The notes under the pieces were generated by a model, which did not search any database, was not told the origin of the DNA, and saw only the letters and a program-made list of their open reading frames with translations. Below, one piece after another: positions 19,482 through 28,002 of a stretch of 64,000 nt of DNA (position 1 is its first letter; the number at the start of each line of letters is the position of its first letter). Position numbers and translations under genes: made by a program. This DNA is from an uncultured Actinomycetota bacterium (lineage in GTDB: Bacteria; Actinomycetota; Actinomycetes; JAHEKZ01). The stretch covers positions 2,752,001 to 2,816,000 of the forward strand of contig CAWHIJ010000003.1 in NCBI GenBank assembly GCA_963829525.1. Reading direction: 5' to 3'.

Positions 19482-19751
19482 CTACGCGAGAGCGAGGAAG
19501 AGCTTCTCCATTTGTTCCCGAGTCAGGGCGGGCTGCTCGCCCCGCAGCTCGGCGTCCTGGCACTGCCGAATTCCGCTGGCCACGATCTTGAAGCCGGCTC
19601 GATCGATCGCGCGCGACGCTGCGGCGAGCTGCGTGACGATGTCAGAGCAGTTGCGACCGTCCTCGATCATCGCGATGATGCCGCCGATCTGGCCTTGCGC
19701 GCGACGCAGTCGGTTCACGACCTCCTGCGACACTGAGTCGTCGATCTGCAT
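19482..19751 (-). CDS. CsoR/RcnR-family repressor, CstR-like (two Cys, no metal-ligand His)
   Basis: NRLRRAQGQIGGIIAMIEDGRNCSDIVTQLAAASRAIDRAGFKIVASGIRQC. Confidence 0.88.
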   Translation of the reverse strand: MQIDDSVSQEVVNRLRRAQGQIGGIIAMIEDGRNCSDIVTQLAAASRAIDRAGFKIVASGIRQCQDAELRGEQPALTREQMEKLFLALA

Positions 19752-19786
19752 GACCGGTCTCCTGCTCGTTGGGAACACCTGATCTT

Positions 19787-19802
19787 ATACCCCTGGGGGT
19801 AC
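19787..19802. promoter_or_regulatory. CsoR/CstR-family operator ATACCCCTGGGGGTAC
   Basis: Second copy of the operator; sits within the minus-strand TTGTCA-N18-TAAGAT promoter of the repressor gene. Confidence 0.8.
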
Positions 19803-19804
19803 CC

Positions 19805-20404
19805 GTGACAAACACCAACGAGGGGCTAGCGCGTCGCACGGTCGTGATCTACGCAGCGAGCAGCCTCGACGGTTACCTAGCACCAAACGACGGCTCGGTG
19901 GCATGGCTGGAACCCTTCGGCAGTGGAGCCGACCTGGGCTTTGACGACTTTCTCGGCACGGTCGGTTCGTTGGTCACCGGTCGCACCACCTTCGAGCAGG
20001 TGCGCACCTTCGGGGCGTGGCCGTACGGCAGAAGACCAACCGCCGTCCTCACTCATCGCGCCGGTCTGAAGGACCTCCCGCCGGGCGTCCGCACCGACGA
20101 TGGAAGCGATCTGCGCACCCTGGTTGCGACGTTGCAAAGGGAGTCAGGCACGGGCACCACATGGTTGCTCGGAGGGGGTTCCCTCCACCAGAGTTTCCTG
20201 GCCGAGGGCCTGGTCGACGAGATCTGGACGCACATCATGCCGGTGCTGCTGGGTGACGGTATCCCGATGTTCCCGGCCCCCTACCCGGCCACCAACCTCC
20301 ACCTGATGAAGTCCGTGGCGTACGAGAACGACGTTGTGCTTGTCCGATACCGCGTCGAGTCGGCCGACAGTGGCCGCTCAGCCCACCGCGACGAACACGT
20401 GTGA
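19805..20404 (+). CDS. Dihydrofolate reductase/RibD C-terminal family protein
   Basis: YAASSLDGYLA, GRTTFEQV..WPY, WLLGGGSL, LVDEIWTHIMPVLLGDGIPMF. Confidence 0.85.
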   Translation: MTNTNEGLARRTVVIYAASSLDGYLAPNDGSVAWLEPFGSGADLGFDDFLGTVGSLVTGRTTFEQVRTFGAWPYGRRPTAVLTHRAGLKDLPPGVRTDDGSDLRTLVATLQRESGTGTTWLLGGGSLHQSFLAEGLVDEIWTHIMPVLLGDGIPMFPAPYPATNLHLMKSVAYENDVVLVRYRVESADSGRSAHRDEHV

Positions 20405-21058
20405 AGCCATGGCGCTGTCGAGCTCGGCATACTCCATCCCGCTGCCCACCATGACTCCGACTTCGGTGCGGCGCACCTTCACGACCTGACCGGGGAGGAC
20501 ACCGGCCCGACTCAGCGACGCCATGAGGTCGTGGTCGTCTTGGATTGGCTCACCGATCCGGCGCACGGTGACCCGTCGCGACTCCTCCGTCGCTACGGAG
20601 TCAAGACCCTTTAGCTCACCTGACTCGGCTACAAGAGGTTCGCCCAACTCATCCAGCCCAGGAATCGGGTTGCCGAACGGGGAGTGTGTCGGCTGGTTGA
20701 GCAGCTCGAGGATGCGTCGCTCGACCGTCTCGCTCATCACATGCTCCCAGCGGCACGCCTCGGCATGCACCTCTTCCCACGGAAGCCCGATCACATCAAT
20801 AAGCAGGCACTCGGCGAGACGATGTTTGCGCATGACCCGCATCGCCATGGCGCGCCCCCGCACCGACAGCTCCAGGTGCCGATCGCCCTCAACGGTCAAG
20901 AGCTCATCGCGCGCCATTCGGGCGACCGTCTGGCTCACCGTGGGCCCCGACTGCTGAAGCCGTTCGGCGATGCGGGCACGCAGCGGGACGACGCCTTCCT
21001 CCTCCAGCTCGAAGATCGTCCGGAGGTACATCTCCGTGGTGTCGATGAGATCGCTCAC
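20378..21058 (-). CDS. ideR: Iron-dependent repressor IdeR/DtxR
   Basis: SDLIDTTEMYLRTIFELEEEGVVPLRARIAERL.QSGPTVSQTVARM; RKHRLAE; EACRWEHVMS. Confidence 0.93.
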   Translation of the reverse strand: MSDLIDTTEMYLRTIFELEEEGVVPLRARIAERLQQSGPTVSQTVARMARDELLTVEGDRHLELSVRGRAMAMRVMRKHRLAECLLIDVIGLPWEEVHAEACRWEHVMSETVERRILELLNQPTHSPFGNPIPGLDELGEPLVAESGELKGLDSVATEESRRVTVRRIGEPIQDDHDLMASLSRAGVLPGQVVKVRRTEVGVMVGSGMEYAELDSAMASHVFVAVG

Positions 21059-21065
21059 ACCCTGA

Positions 21066-22760
21066 TCATCCCTGCCTGTGCATGGTTCGGCCACCCACCA
21101 CTGTCTGCAACACCGAGGCGTCAAGAAGCCGGTCAGGATCGGATTCAGTGACGTCGGGGGCGACGACGAGGAAGTCTGCGTGCCGTCCGGGCGCAATGGA
21201 TCCCATCTGGTCCTCTTCAAAGCACGACCATGCCGCATTTGCTGTCGCGTACCGGATGGCCTCCTGCAGCGGCAACGCGTTCTTGGGCTCATTGGCCGGC
21301 AGCGCCGGGTCCATCGCCGAGCGGCGCGTCGTTGCTATGAACAGGTTCGGAAGCGGCGCGTACGGGGCCGTCGGAGCGTCCGTGCCCAGCACCAGGCGAG
21401 CCCCGGAGGCAACTAGTGCCGCGGCCGGGAACCCCGCGGGCGAGCGCTCCGGCCCCAACATGGCCCGCCAGTTGTCCTGGATCGCCGGGTCGGCGTGCAC
21501 CGGCTGCATGGACGCGGTTACCCCGAGTTCGGCAAAACGCGGGATGTCGGACGGGTCGCAGTACTCGATATGCTCGATCCGGTGGCGACGCTCGACGGAG
21601 CCGCCTGGCCCCGATCGACCGGGCCCAGTGCCATTCTCGCGGTAGGCGTTCTCGATGGAGTCGAGAGCGGCACGCACAGCGGCGTCGCCGATGGCGTGCA
21701 GGGCAATCTGGACGCCAGCCTTGTCTGCGGCGGCAACCACCGGGGACAACGCTTCGTAGTCCCAGATCGGGTCGGGCATCGCGCCCGTGGTGTAGGGCTC
21801 GGAGACATGGGCGGTGCAACCGTCGATCACGCCGTCGACGATGAACTTGATGCCCGTCATCCGAAAGCGGTCGGAGTTGTGAAGGCGCTTCAGCTCGACT
21901 GCCTCTGAGACCTGAGCCAGGTGAGTGGCGGTCGATCCCTCACGCGACATCAACCAGTGGCCGATCACCCGAAGATCGAGCTCGCCATCTGCTTCGGCCG
22001 CGGCAATGGTCTGCAGTGAGGTCGGCCCGAGTCCCATGTCGATCACCGTCGTCACGCCCGCCGCATGCAGAGCCGACATGGCGCTGCGCAGATGCTGTCG
22101 ATGCCCCTCGCCGGTGGTGACGCGTTCTAGGTGCGCCCAGGCCAGCTCGGCAGCCGTCTCCTCCAAGAAGCCGGTCGCCCGGCCGGACGCGTCTCGAGCA
22201 ATACGGCCACCAGCCGGGTCCGGTGTCGAGTCGGTGATCCCCAGCGCCTCCAGCCCGAGCGAGTTCACCCAGGTCGAGTGGTAGTCATTGGCGTCCAGGA
22301 GTACGGGGCGGGTGGGAACCGCCGTGTCGAGCATCGCCGCTGTCGGTTCGCCACCAGGAATCGCGTCGAAGAGCCAGCTCTTGCCGAGCACCCAGTGACT
22401 CTGCAGGTGCCTGACGGCGTGCTCACGGACGAGATGCTGAATCTCGTCCAACGACCGCGCCCGCACCAGGTCGACGCGTTGAAGTGACTCACCCATCCCC
22501 ATGAGGTGAAAGTGACCGTCGATGATGCCGGGGAGGACCAAATTGCCCTGGAGATCGACCTCTTCGACGGCCCCACCGGTTCCATCCGTCGCGCCAGCTG
22601 CCGCCTTGGCTGCTGCGGCTTGGACCTCCTCCAAGCAGCCGGCCACCAGAAACCGGCCTTCGTGCACGGCAAAAGCAGGAGCCCATGGCCGATCAGGGTC
22701 AGCGGTGAAAGCCTTCGCGTTGCGATAGATAACCGGAGCATCAGCGGCGAGTTGGGTCAC
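21066..22760 (-). CDS. Amidohydrolase 3 family (YtcJ-like)
   Basis: PGIIDGHFHL, IKFIVDGVID, HAIGDAAV, RHRIEHIE, SMQPVHA, GTDAP, GSIAPGRHADF. Confidence 0.9.
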   Translation of the reverse strand: MTQLAADAPVIYRNAKAFTADPDRPWAPAFAVHEGRFLVAGCLEEVQAAAAKAAAGATDGTGGAVEEVDLQGNLVLPGIIDGHFHLMGMGESLQRVDLVRARSLDEIQHLVREHAVRHLQSHWVLGKSWLFDAIPGGEPTAAMLDTAVPTRPVLLDANDYHSTWVNSLGLEALGITDSTPDPAGGRIARDASGRATGFLEETAAELAWAHLERVTTGEGHRQHLRSAMSALHAAGVTTVIDMGLGPTSLQTIAAAEADGELDLRVIGHWLMSREGSTATHLAQVSEAVELKRLHNSDRFRMTGIKFIVDGVIDGCTAHVSEPYTTGAMPDPIWDYEALSPVVAAADKAGVQIALHAIGDAAVRAALDSIENAYRENGTGPGRSGPGGSVERRHRIEHIEYCDPSDIPRFAELGVTASMQPVHADPAIQDNWRAMLGPERSPAGFPAAALVASGARLVLGTDAPTAPYAPLPNLFIATTRRSAMDPALPANEPKNALPLQEAIRYATANAAWSCFEEDQMGSIAPGRHADFLVVAPDVTESDPDRLLDASVLQTVVGGRTMHRQG

Positions 22761-22837
22761 GGGGGCATCCTGCCGCACCCGACGGGAGTCGTTCACCTCC
22801 CTGGGCAGATTCTTCCTCGATCCCATAGCGTCGAACC

Positions 22838-24241
22838 GTGGCTCCTTCCCGGTCGGTGATGTGGTTCAGGCGTGATTTGCGTCTAGCCGACCACCCGGCG
22901 CTGAACGGCGCTGCTGATGCGGCGGACGAAGTAGTACCGCTGTTCGTCATCGACCCGTCGCTGTGGCGTCCAGCTGGAGCACCTCGACGCCAGTACCTGC
23001 TGCGCTCGCTCAGGAGCCTCGACGCCGACATGGGTGGCGCGCTTGTTCTGCGCGACGGCGATCCCGTCGAGGCCGTTGTCGCGTTGGCGCGCGAGGTCGG
23101 GGCGTCCAGCGTCCATGTCTCGGCCGACCACGGACCCTATGGAGCTGCCCGCGACGCAAGGGTCGAGCGCAGCCTTGCTGACGTCGGCGCCGGCGTCGGC
23201 GTCGGCGTCGAGATGGTCCGCACTGGTTCGCCCTACGCAGTCGCGCCGGGACGCGTAGTGAAGGGGGACGGCACTCCCTACCGTGTCTACTCACCGTTTT
23301 ACCGGGGGTGGACCGCGCACGGTTGGCGAGCGCCCGCAGCACCGCACGACCGCTTCACTTGGGTGCGTGACCTTGACAGTGATCCGTTACCCGAAGTCGG
23401 ACTGGGAGGGGACGAGGCCGACCAGAGCGCAAGCCTCGACAACCTTCCTCCGGCAGGAGAGGCAGCTGCACTCTCCCGCTGGCACGATTTCCGCGACTCC
23501 GCGCTCGACGCGTATGCCGACGACCGCAACCGACCGGACATCGACGGGTCGTCGCGCTTGTCCGTTCACCTGAAGTACGGCGAGATCCATCCGCGCACCA
23601 TCCTGGCTGAGCTCGGCGACAGCAAGGGACACGAGACCTTTCGCAGGGAGCTGGCATGGCGCGAGTTCTATGCCGACGTCCTGCATCACGCGCCCGAGAC
23701 CGCCCGCGAGTACCTGCGGCCGGAGTTCGCAGGTATGCCCTACGACTCCGGACCCGACACTGATGCGCGTCTCCTGGCGTGGCAGCAAGGACTAACGGGC
23801 TATCCCATCGTCGACGCCGGGATGCGCCAGCTGTTGCACGAGGGCTGGATGCACAACCGCGTCCGGATGATCGTGGCGTCATTTCTGGTCAAGGATCTTC
23901 ACCTGGAGTGGCAACTCGGGGCCAGATGGTTCATGCGTCATCTGGTCGACGGCGACATCGCATCTAACTCGCACGGCTGGCAGTGGACGGCCGGCTGCGG
24001 AACCGACGCCTCGCCCTACTTCCGGATCTTCAACCCGATCACCCAAGGCCTGCGCTTCGACCCAGAAGGGGACTACGTGCGACGCTACGTCCCAGAACTC
24101 GGTCATGTCTTGGGCGCTGCGGCCCATGAGCCGTGGAATACAACCGATGGCTACCTCACCGGTTATCCAGAGCGCATGGTCGACCACAGCACGGAACGGG
24201 GTGAGGCGCTCGCACGGTACGCCCTCATCAAGGGCACCTAA
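22838..24241 (+). CDS. phr: Deoxyribodipyrimidine photolyase
   Basis: WFRRDLRLADHPAL, SRLSVHLKYGEI, WREFY, TGYPIVDAGMRQL..GWMHNRVRMIVASFL, PYFRIFNP. Confidence 0.93.
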   Translation: MAPSRSVMWFRRDLRLADHPALNGAADAADEVVPLFVIDPSLWRPAGAPRRQYLLRSLRSLDADMGGALVLRDGDPVEAVVALAREVGASSVHVSADHGPYGAARDARVERSLADVGAGVGVGVEMVRTGSPYAVAPGRVVKGDGTPYRVYSPFYRGWTAHGWRAPAAPHDRFTWVRDLDSDPLPEVGLGGDEADQSASLDNLPPAGEAAALSRWHDFRDSALDAYADDRNRPDIDGSSRLSVHLKYGEIHPRTILAELGDSKGHETFRRELAWREFYADVLHHAPETAREYLRPEFAGMPYDSGPDTDARLLAWQQGLTGYPIVDAGMRQLLHEGWMHNRVRMIVASFLVKDLHLEWQLGARWFMRHLVDGDIASNSHGWQWTAGCGTDASPYFRIFNPITQGLRFDPEGDYVRRYVPELGHVLGAAAHEPWNTTDGYLTGYPERMVDHSTERGEALARYALIKGT

Positions 24242-24317
24242 CGCTTCAAGGGCACCTAGCGCTTCAAGGGCACCTAGCGCTTCAAGGGCACCTAGCGCTT
24301 CAAGGGCTCCTAGCGCT
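24228..24317 (+). repeat. Tandem repeat, 5 x 18 bp (TCAAGGGCACCTAGCGCT)
   Basis: Units start at 24228, 24246, 24264, 24282 and 24300; the first contains the phr stop codon. Confidence 0.95.
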
Positions 24318-24344
24318 CACGACTTTGCCTAGTGCGAGCTCTCG

Positions 24345-24866
24345 TTATCCAAGCATCGCCGCAAGGTACCTTCGGGCGGCCAGGGTCTGTGTGGCACGAG
24401 CGACCGGGCCACCAGCCTTCGTGTACCACTGGGCTGGCTGGGAGAACGCCGCCACGGCGCCTACTACCGTGTTGTCCTCTCGCCACCTGACCAAAAACGC
24501 CTCTTCCCCGCACTCGGGGTGCCGGGCGAGGGTGCCGTACGCGAAGCCACTTTCCCTCGCTTCGTCGACGACGGATACAACGCGGCATTCGGCGACGATG
24601 CGGAGCGGTCCGGCACCGATGCCCAGCTTGACGTCGACACCCTCCGCCGCTTCGGAGTCGGCTTCCACGTTCACACCAGCGTCACGGTGCATCTGCCAGG
24701 ACCGGACCCGTTCTGAGGCGAGGCGGAAGTCGAGCTCACCAGCGCCGATCACTCGCGTCCGCACCATGACGTGCCATGGCCCCGCTATGTAGACCGCACC
24801 CCGGGCCAGAGGCAGAGACCCGCCCCGCAACCTCGCGGGGTAGGAGAGGCCGGACACAGCGCTCAT
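24345..24866 (-). CDS. DUF1990 family protein
   Basis: W.MHRDAGV..AECRVVSVVDE..GFAYGTLARHPECGEEAFLV..AFSQPA. Confidence 0.85.
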   Translation of the reverse strand: MSAVSGLSYPARLRGGSLPLARGAVYIAGPWHVMVRTRVIGAGELDFRLASERVRSWQMHRDAGVNVEADSEAAEGVDVKLGIGAGPLRIVAECRVVSVVDEARESGFAYGTLARHPECGEEAFLVRWREDNTVVGAVAAFSQPAQWYTKAGGPVARATQTLAARRYLAAMLG

Positions 24867-24975
24867 GGTCGCACCATTTCGGCAGCCGTCACACGTCGAC
24901 GCCCATTGCGCTGCGGGTCAGACGTCGCCCATGGCGCTTCGCGCCCAGGGAACTCAGGTTTGGTACGCGCCGCCG

Positions 24976-26568
24976 TCACTCAGGCGGCAGGAGCCTTCGG
25001 GTGCCGTCAGGTTCGACGACCACCCGCCACTGTTTCAAATGAACCAGTCCGTGGTGCCTGCGGCAGAGGAGCACGGTGTTGGACAGCGACGTCTCACCGC
25101 CGTGCTCCCAGAAGACGATGTGATGCACGTCGCAGTGCTCCGGAGGACGATGACAGCCGGGGCCAACGCAGGTGCGGTCTCGAGCGGCGACCGCACGGCG
25201 GAGCGCCGGCGGGATTGTCCGCGTGGCCCTTCCGACATCGAGGATCTGTGACGCGCCGTCGGTGACGATGCGCGACACTGTGGCGTCACACCCGACCAGC
25301 TGCGCCTGCGTCGCCGTGATCGGACCGGCCCAGGCTAGCTGCGCAGGCTCGACACCCGCCGGTGAACCATCCCCCACCCGGGCCGCCGCCAAAGTCGCGT
25401 AGTCGACCATCACCGACAGGTGCGGACGCACGCCACCGACCGTCGCCTCGTTGGTGTCCTGTAGCCACTCCTGACAGATCTCTGCCAGCGCATCAGCACT
25501 GCGCTGCGCCCAGGTACGCACCTCGTCGGTCTGCGCTGAACTTCCCTGAGCCGCTCCACCGGTGTTGTCAGTGTGGCCGTCGCCGCGGTCGCTCCCTGAT
25601 GTCGGACGGAGCTTCACGTCCAGTGCGGTCATGAGAAGCGCACCAGTCGAAGGATCGAGAAGACCGTTGACGGACACCATCCCGTCTATCGTCTCGGCCA
25701 CCGACAGTCCTCGGCGGTCGAGCTTGCGGATAGCTGCCTCGTCGGCGCGCTCACGGTCGAAGCAGTGCACCAACCGGTCGCCGACGCAGCGGAGCTGTCC
25801 AGGGTCGAGCTTGCTCGCATGATCGATGAGTGAGCCTTCTGCCTCATCGCGGTGCTCCACAGGCACCTGCGCCAATGCTCGGTCGATGACCAGCGCATGC
25901 CGCCAGGTGACGCTGCCGTTGAGCATCGCCTCCGCGGTCGCACCGAGCTGGCCCGTTACCGCGGTGGCTACCTTCGCGCGGCCCGAGGCCTCCCCCGGCG
26001 CAAGCCGACAAGTGTGCCGCATCCACGACGCCAGCGTTCCGAACCCAGCCTCTGCGATGGCACCGGAGCTGTCGAGGTCTGCCGCGGCCCCGAGCCAGAG
26101 TGCCTCGAACTGGTCGATGAGGTGACGCATCGCGACCACTTGGCCGGCTGGTGTCGCATGCTCAGCATCTGCGGCGAAAGTCGCAAACAGCTCCGCAGCC
26201 TGCGGAACCAGGCCGGCCGCACCGGCACCCCGCGACAGACCGGACGGAAGACGCTGGCCCGGAACGGCCCAGGCAGGCGACTGCGCGGATGCCTCGTTGG
26301 CGACCGCGCGTGCGGGTTCGTCCGCGGTGTGGCCCATTGGAGCCTCCAGCCCAGGCGGGTGCACCGGTCTGGAGGCCGAAAGCAGCCGGCTGACGGAGCA
26401 CGTAACGGAAAATGGGGTGCGTCGACAGCCGACGCTTTCGCCTGGGGAGCGCTCATCGCCCGGCTCGTGGGCTGGGCAGGAGTCGCACTCAGTCATTGAC
26501 CCGGTTGCACTGCTGATCTTTGCGTGATCGTTGCGCCATTGCCGGCCGAGGGTCCGTCTCCCGTCCAT
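24976..26568 (-). CDS. DUF222 (13E12-repeat family) protein with C-terminal HNH endonuclease
   Basis: GLLDPSTGA, QRSADALAEIC, RPHLSVMVD, LDVGRATR, RDRTCVGPGC..CDVHHIVFWEHGGETSLSNTVLLCRRHH; exact start uncertain. Confidence 0.9.
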   Translation of the reverse strand: MDGRRTLGRQWRNDHAKISSATGSMTECDSCPAHEPGDERSPGESVGCRRTPFSVTCSVSRLLSASRPVHPPGLEAPMGHTADEPARAVANEASAQSPAWAVPGQRLPSGLSRGAGAAGLVPQAAELFATFAADAEHATPAGQVVAMRHLIDQFEALWLGAAADLDSSGAIAEAGFGTLASWMRHTCRLAPGEASGRAKVATAVTGQLGATAEAMLNGSVTWRHALVIDRALAQVPVEHRDEAEGSLIDHASKLDPGQLRCVGDRLVHCFDRERADEAAIRKLDRRGLSVAETIDGMVSVNGLLDPSTGALLMTALDVKLRPTSGSDRGDGHTDNTGGAAQGSSAQTDEVRTWAQRSADALAEICQEWLQDTNEATVGGVRPHLSVMVDYATLAAARVGDGSPAGVEPAQLAWAGPITATQAQLVGCDATVSRIVTDGASQILDVGRATRTIPPALRRAVAARDRTCVGPGCHRPPEHCDVHHIVFWEHGGETSLSNTVLLCRRHHGLVHLKQWRVVVEPDGTRRLLPPE

Positions 26569-26584
26569 TCGAACGTATGTTCGA
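26569..26584. promoter_or_regulatory. Actinobacterial LexA (SOS) box TCGAACGTATGTTCGA
   Basis: Perfect TCGAAC-N4-GTTCGA adjacent to the ATG of the HNH gene. Confidence 0.9.
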
Positions 26585-26606
26585 TTCTAGCTCACCCCAC
26601 GGACAA
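26584..26606 (-). promoter_or_regulatory. RecA-NDp/PafBC-type DNA-damage promoter TTGTCCGTG-N8-TAGAAT
   Basis: Matches tTGTCRgtg-N8-TAnnnT with one mismatch. Confidence 0.65.
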
Positions 26607-26764
26607 GCGCAACCATCCAAAGGGAACCCACCGGCAGAATCTGAGCGTAGATCTCGGGCACGCTAAGTCATAGCCAGCACACACTGAGTAACGACCGATC
26701 ATCCGAACGGTGCGAAGAATCAGGTCCGGGCGCCGCGTCGGGGCCCGCCCCGTACCCTTCGGCC

Positions 26765-27547
26765 ATGCGAGTTCTCAGCGTCCTGAGCCTGAAGGGCGGC
26801 GTCGGCAAGACGTCGGTGACGCTGGGCCTCGCCAGCGCAGCGAACGCCCGTGGCCTGCGCACACTCGTGATTGACCTCGACCCCCAGGCAAACAGCTCGG
26901 TCGTCCTCGATCCGCAGCGGGTGCAGTTCACCAGCAACGATGTGCTGGCCGACGGGCGCTCGGGGGTCATGGAGCAAGCGATCGTCGCCAGTGGCTGGGG
27001 AGAGCGGCTCGACCTGGTCGCCAGCGAGCGGGCCCTCGAGCACCGTGCCGTCCCAGAGGGAGCCGGAAACGTACGCCTACGGGTGACCATGCAAGGCCTT
27101 GCCGGCTACGACCTCGTTCTGATCGACACTCCTCCCGCGCTCGGCGAGCTCACCCGGAATGCCCTGACTGCCAGCGACCTCGGGCTCGTGGTCACCGAGC
27201 CCAGCCTCTTCGCGCTGCAGGGCGCGCAACAGGCGCTGGACGCAATGAGCGTCGTGCGTGACACGAACCTGCGCCTCCAGGTGGCCGGGATCGTCGTCAA
27301 CCGCGTTCGGCCGACGTCGTCAGAGCATCGCTACCGGATGGCCGAGCTCGCTCTCGCCTATGGTGACCTGCTCTGGCAGCCACCCTTGCCCGACCGTGCT
27401 GTGCTTCAACAAGCCGCGGGAGCCTGCACGCCCGTCCACGCCTGGCGTACCCAGGCCGGACGCGAAGTTGCCCGCATTTTCGACACCTACCTCGACCTCG
27501 TACTGGCACCCCATGTCGAGCCCAAACCGCTCCGCCCGGTCTCATAG
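26765..27547 (+). CDS. Orphan ParA/Soj-family ATPase
   Basis: Deviant Walker A SLKGGVGKTS, VIDLDPQAN, LIDTPPALG; leaderless TACCCT-N6-ATG. Confidence 0.92.
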   Translation: MRVLSVLSLKGGVGKTSVTLGLASAANARGLRTLVIDLDPQANSSVVLDPQRVQFTSNDVLADGRSGVMEQAIVASGWGERLDLVASERALEHRAVPEGAGNVRLRVTMQGLAGYDLVLIDTPPALGELTRNALTASDLGLVVTEPSLFALQGAQQALDAMSVVRDTNLRLQVAGIVVNRVRPTSSEHRYRMAELALAYGDLLWQPPLPDRAVLQQAAGACTPVHAWRTQAGREVARIFDTYLDLVLAPHVEPKPLRPVS

Positions 27548-27616
27548 TGCCCAGCGGGTCACAGTGCCCACTGGCATAGTGCACGGGAGAAGCCAACGGA
27601 CGGAGAGGACAAAGCC

Positions 27617-27979
27617 GTGAGTCGTCCCGAACCACGTCCCGCACTACAGAGATCTGGAGACGGGTCCGTTCATCCAGCGGCTCCGCGAGTCGCAGCCGAG
27701 CAGCACGTCCACCCGGAACCGCACGCTCCTTCGGCCGCCAACAAACAGTCCAAGAAGAGCAAAGGCGTCAAGCCGATCGACCGGGCTGATGACACTGCTC
27801 GCCGGGACAAGGAACCTGAGGCACCGCTACCGGCCTTCGAGGGCAAGCCAGTCGAGTTGACCGTGGCACTTCCCAAAGACCTACGCAAGCAGGTGCGGAA
27901 GGCAGCCGACAGGGATGGGACAACAGTCGACATGCTCGTGGTCGAAGCGCTGACCCGCTTCGTGGCAGGCCGCAAATAG
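27617..27979 (+). CDS. Small protein with probable C-terminal ribbon-helix-helix domain
   Basis: Disordered N-terminus, then VELTVALPKDLRKQVRKAADRDGTTVDMLVVEALTRFV; RBS GGAGAGG. Confidence 0.6.
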   Translation: MSRPEPRPALQRSGDGSVHPAAPRVAAEQHVHPEPHAPSAANKQSKKSKGVKPIDRADDTARRDKEPEAPLPAFEGKPVELTVALPKDLRKQVRKAADRDGTTVDMLVVEALTRFVAGRK

Positions 27980-28002
27980 CGAAACGTAGCGAAGCGGTCG
28001 CG

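Noticed and set aside
23182-23210. GTCGGC microsatellite in phr (VGAGVGVGV) as a phase-variation tract
   Set aside because: The hexamer unit preserves the frame and lies in a probable loop, so it cannot switch the gene on or off.
24228-24317. CRISPR array
   Set aside because: The units are contiguous 18-mers with no spacers, and there are no cas genes.
24976-27979. Integrated plasmid or prophage (HNH + ParA + RHH)
   Set aside because: No integrase, rep, relaxase, att repeats or evident compositional shift; the flanks are ordinary chromosomal genes.
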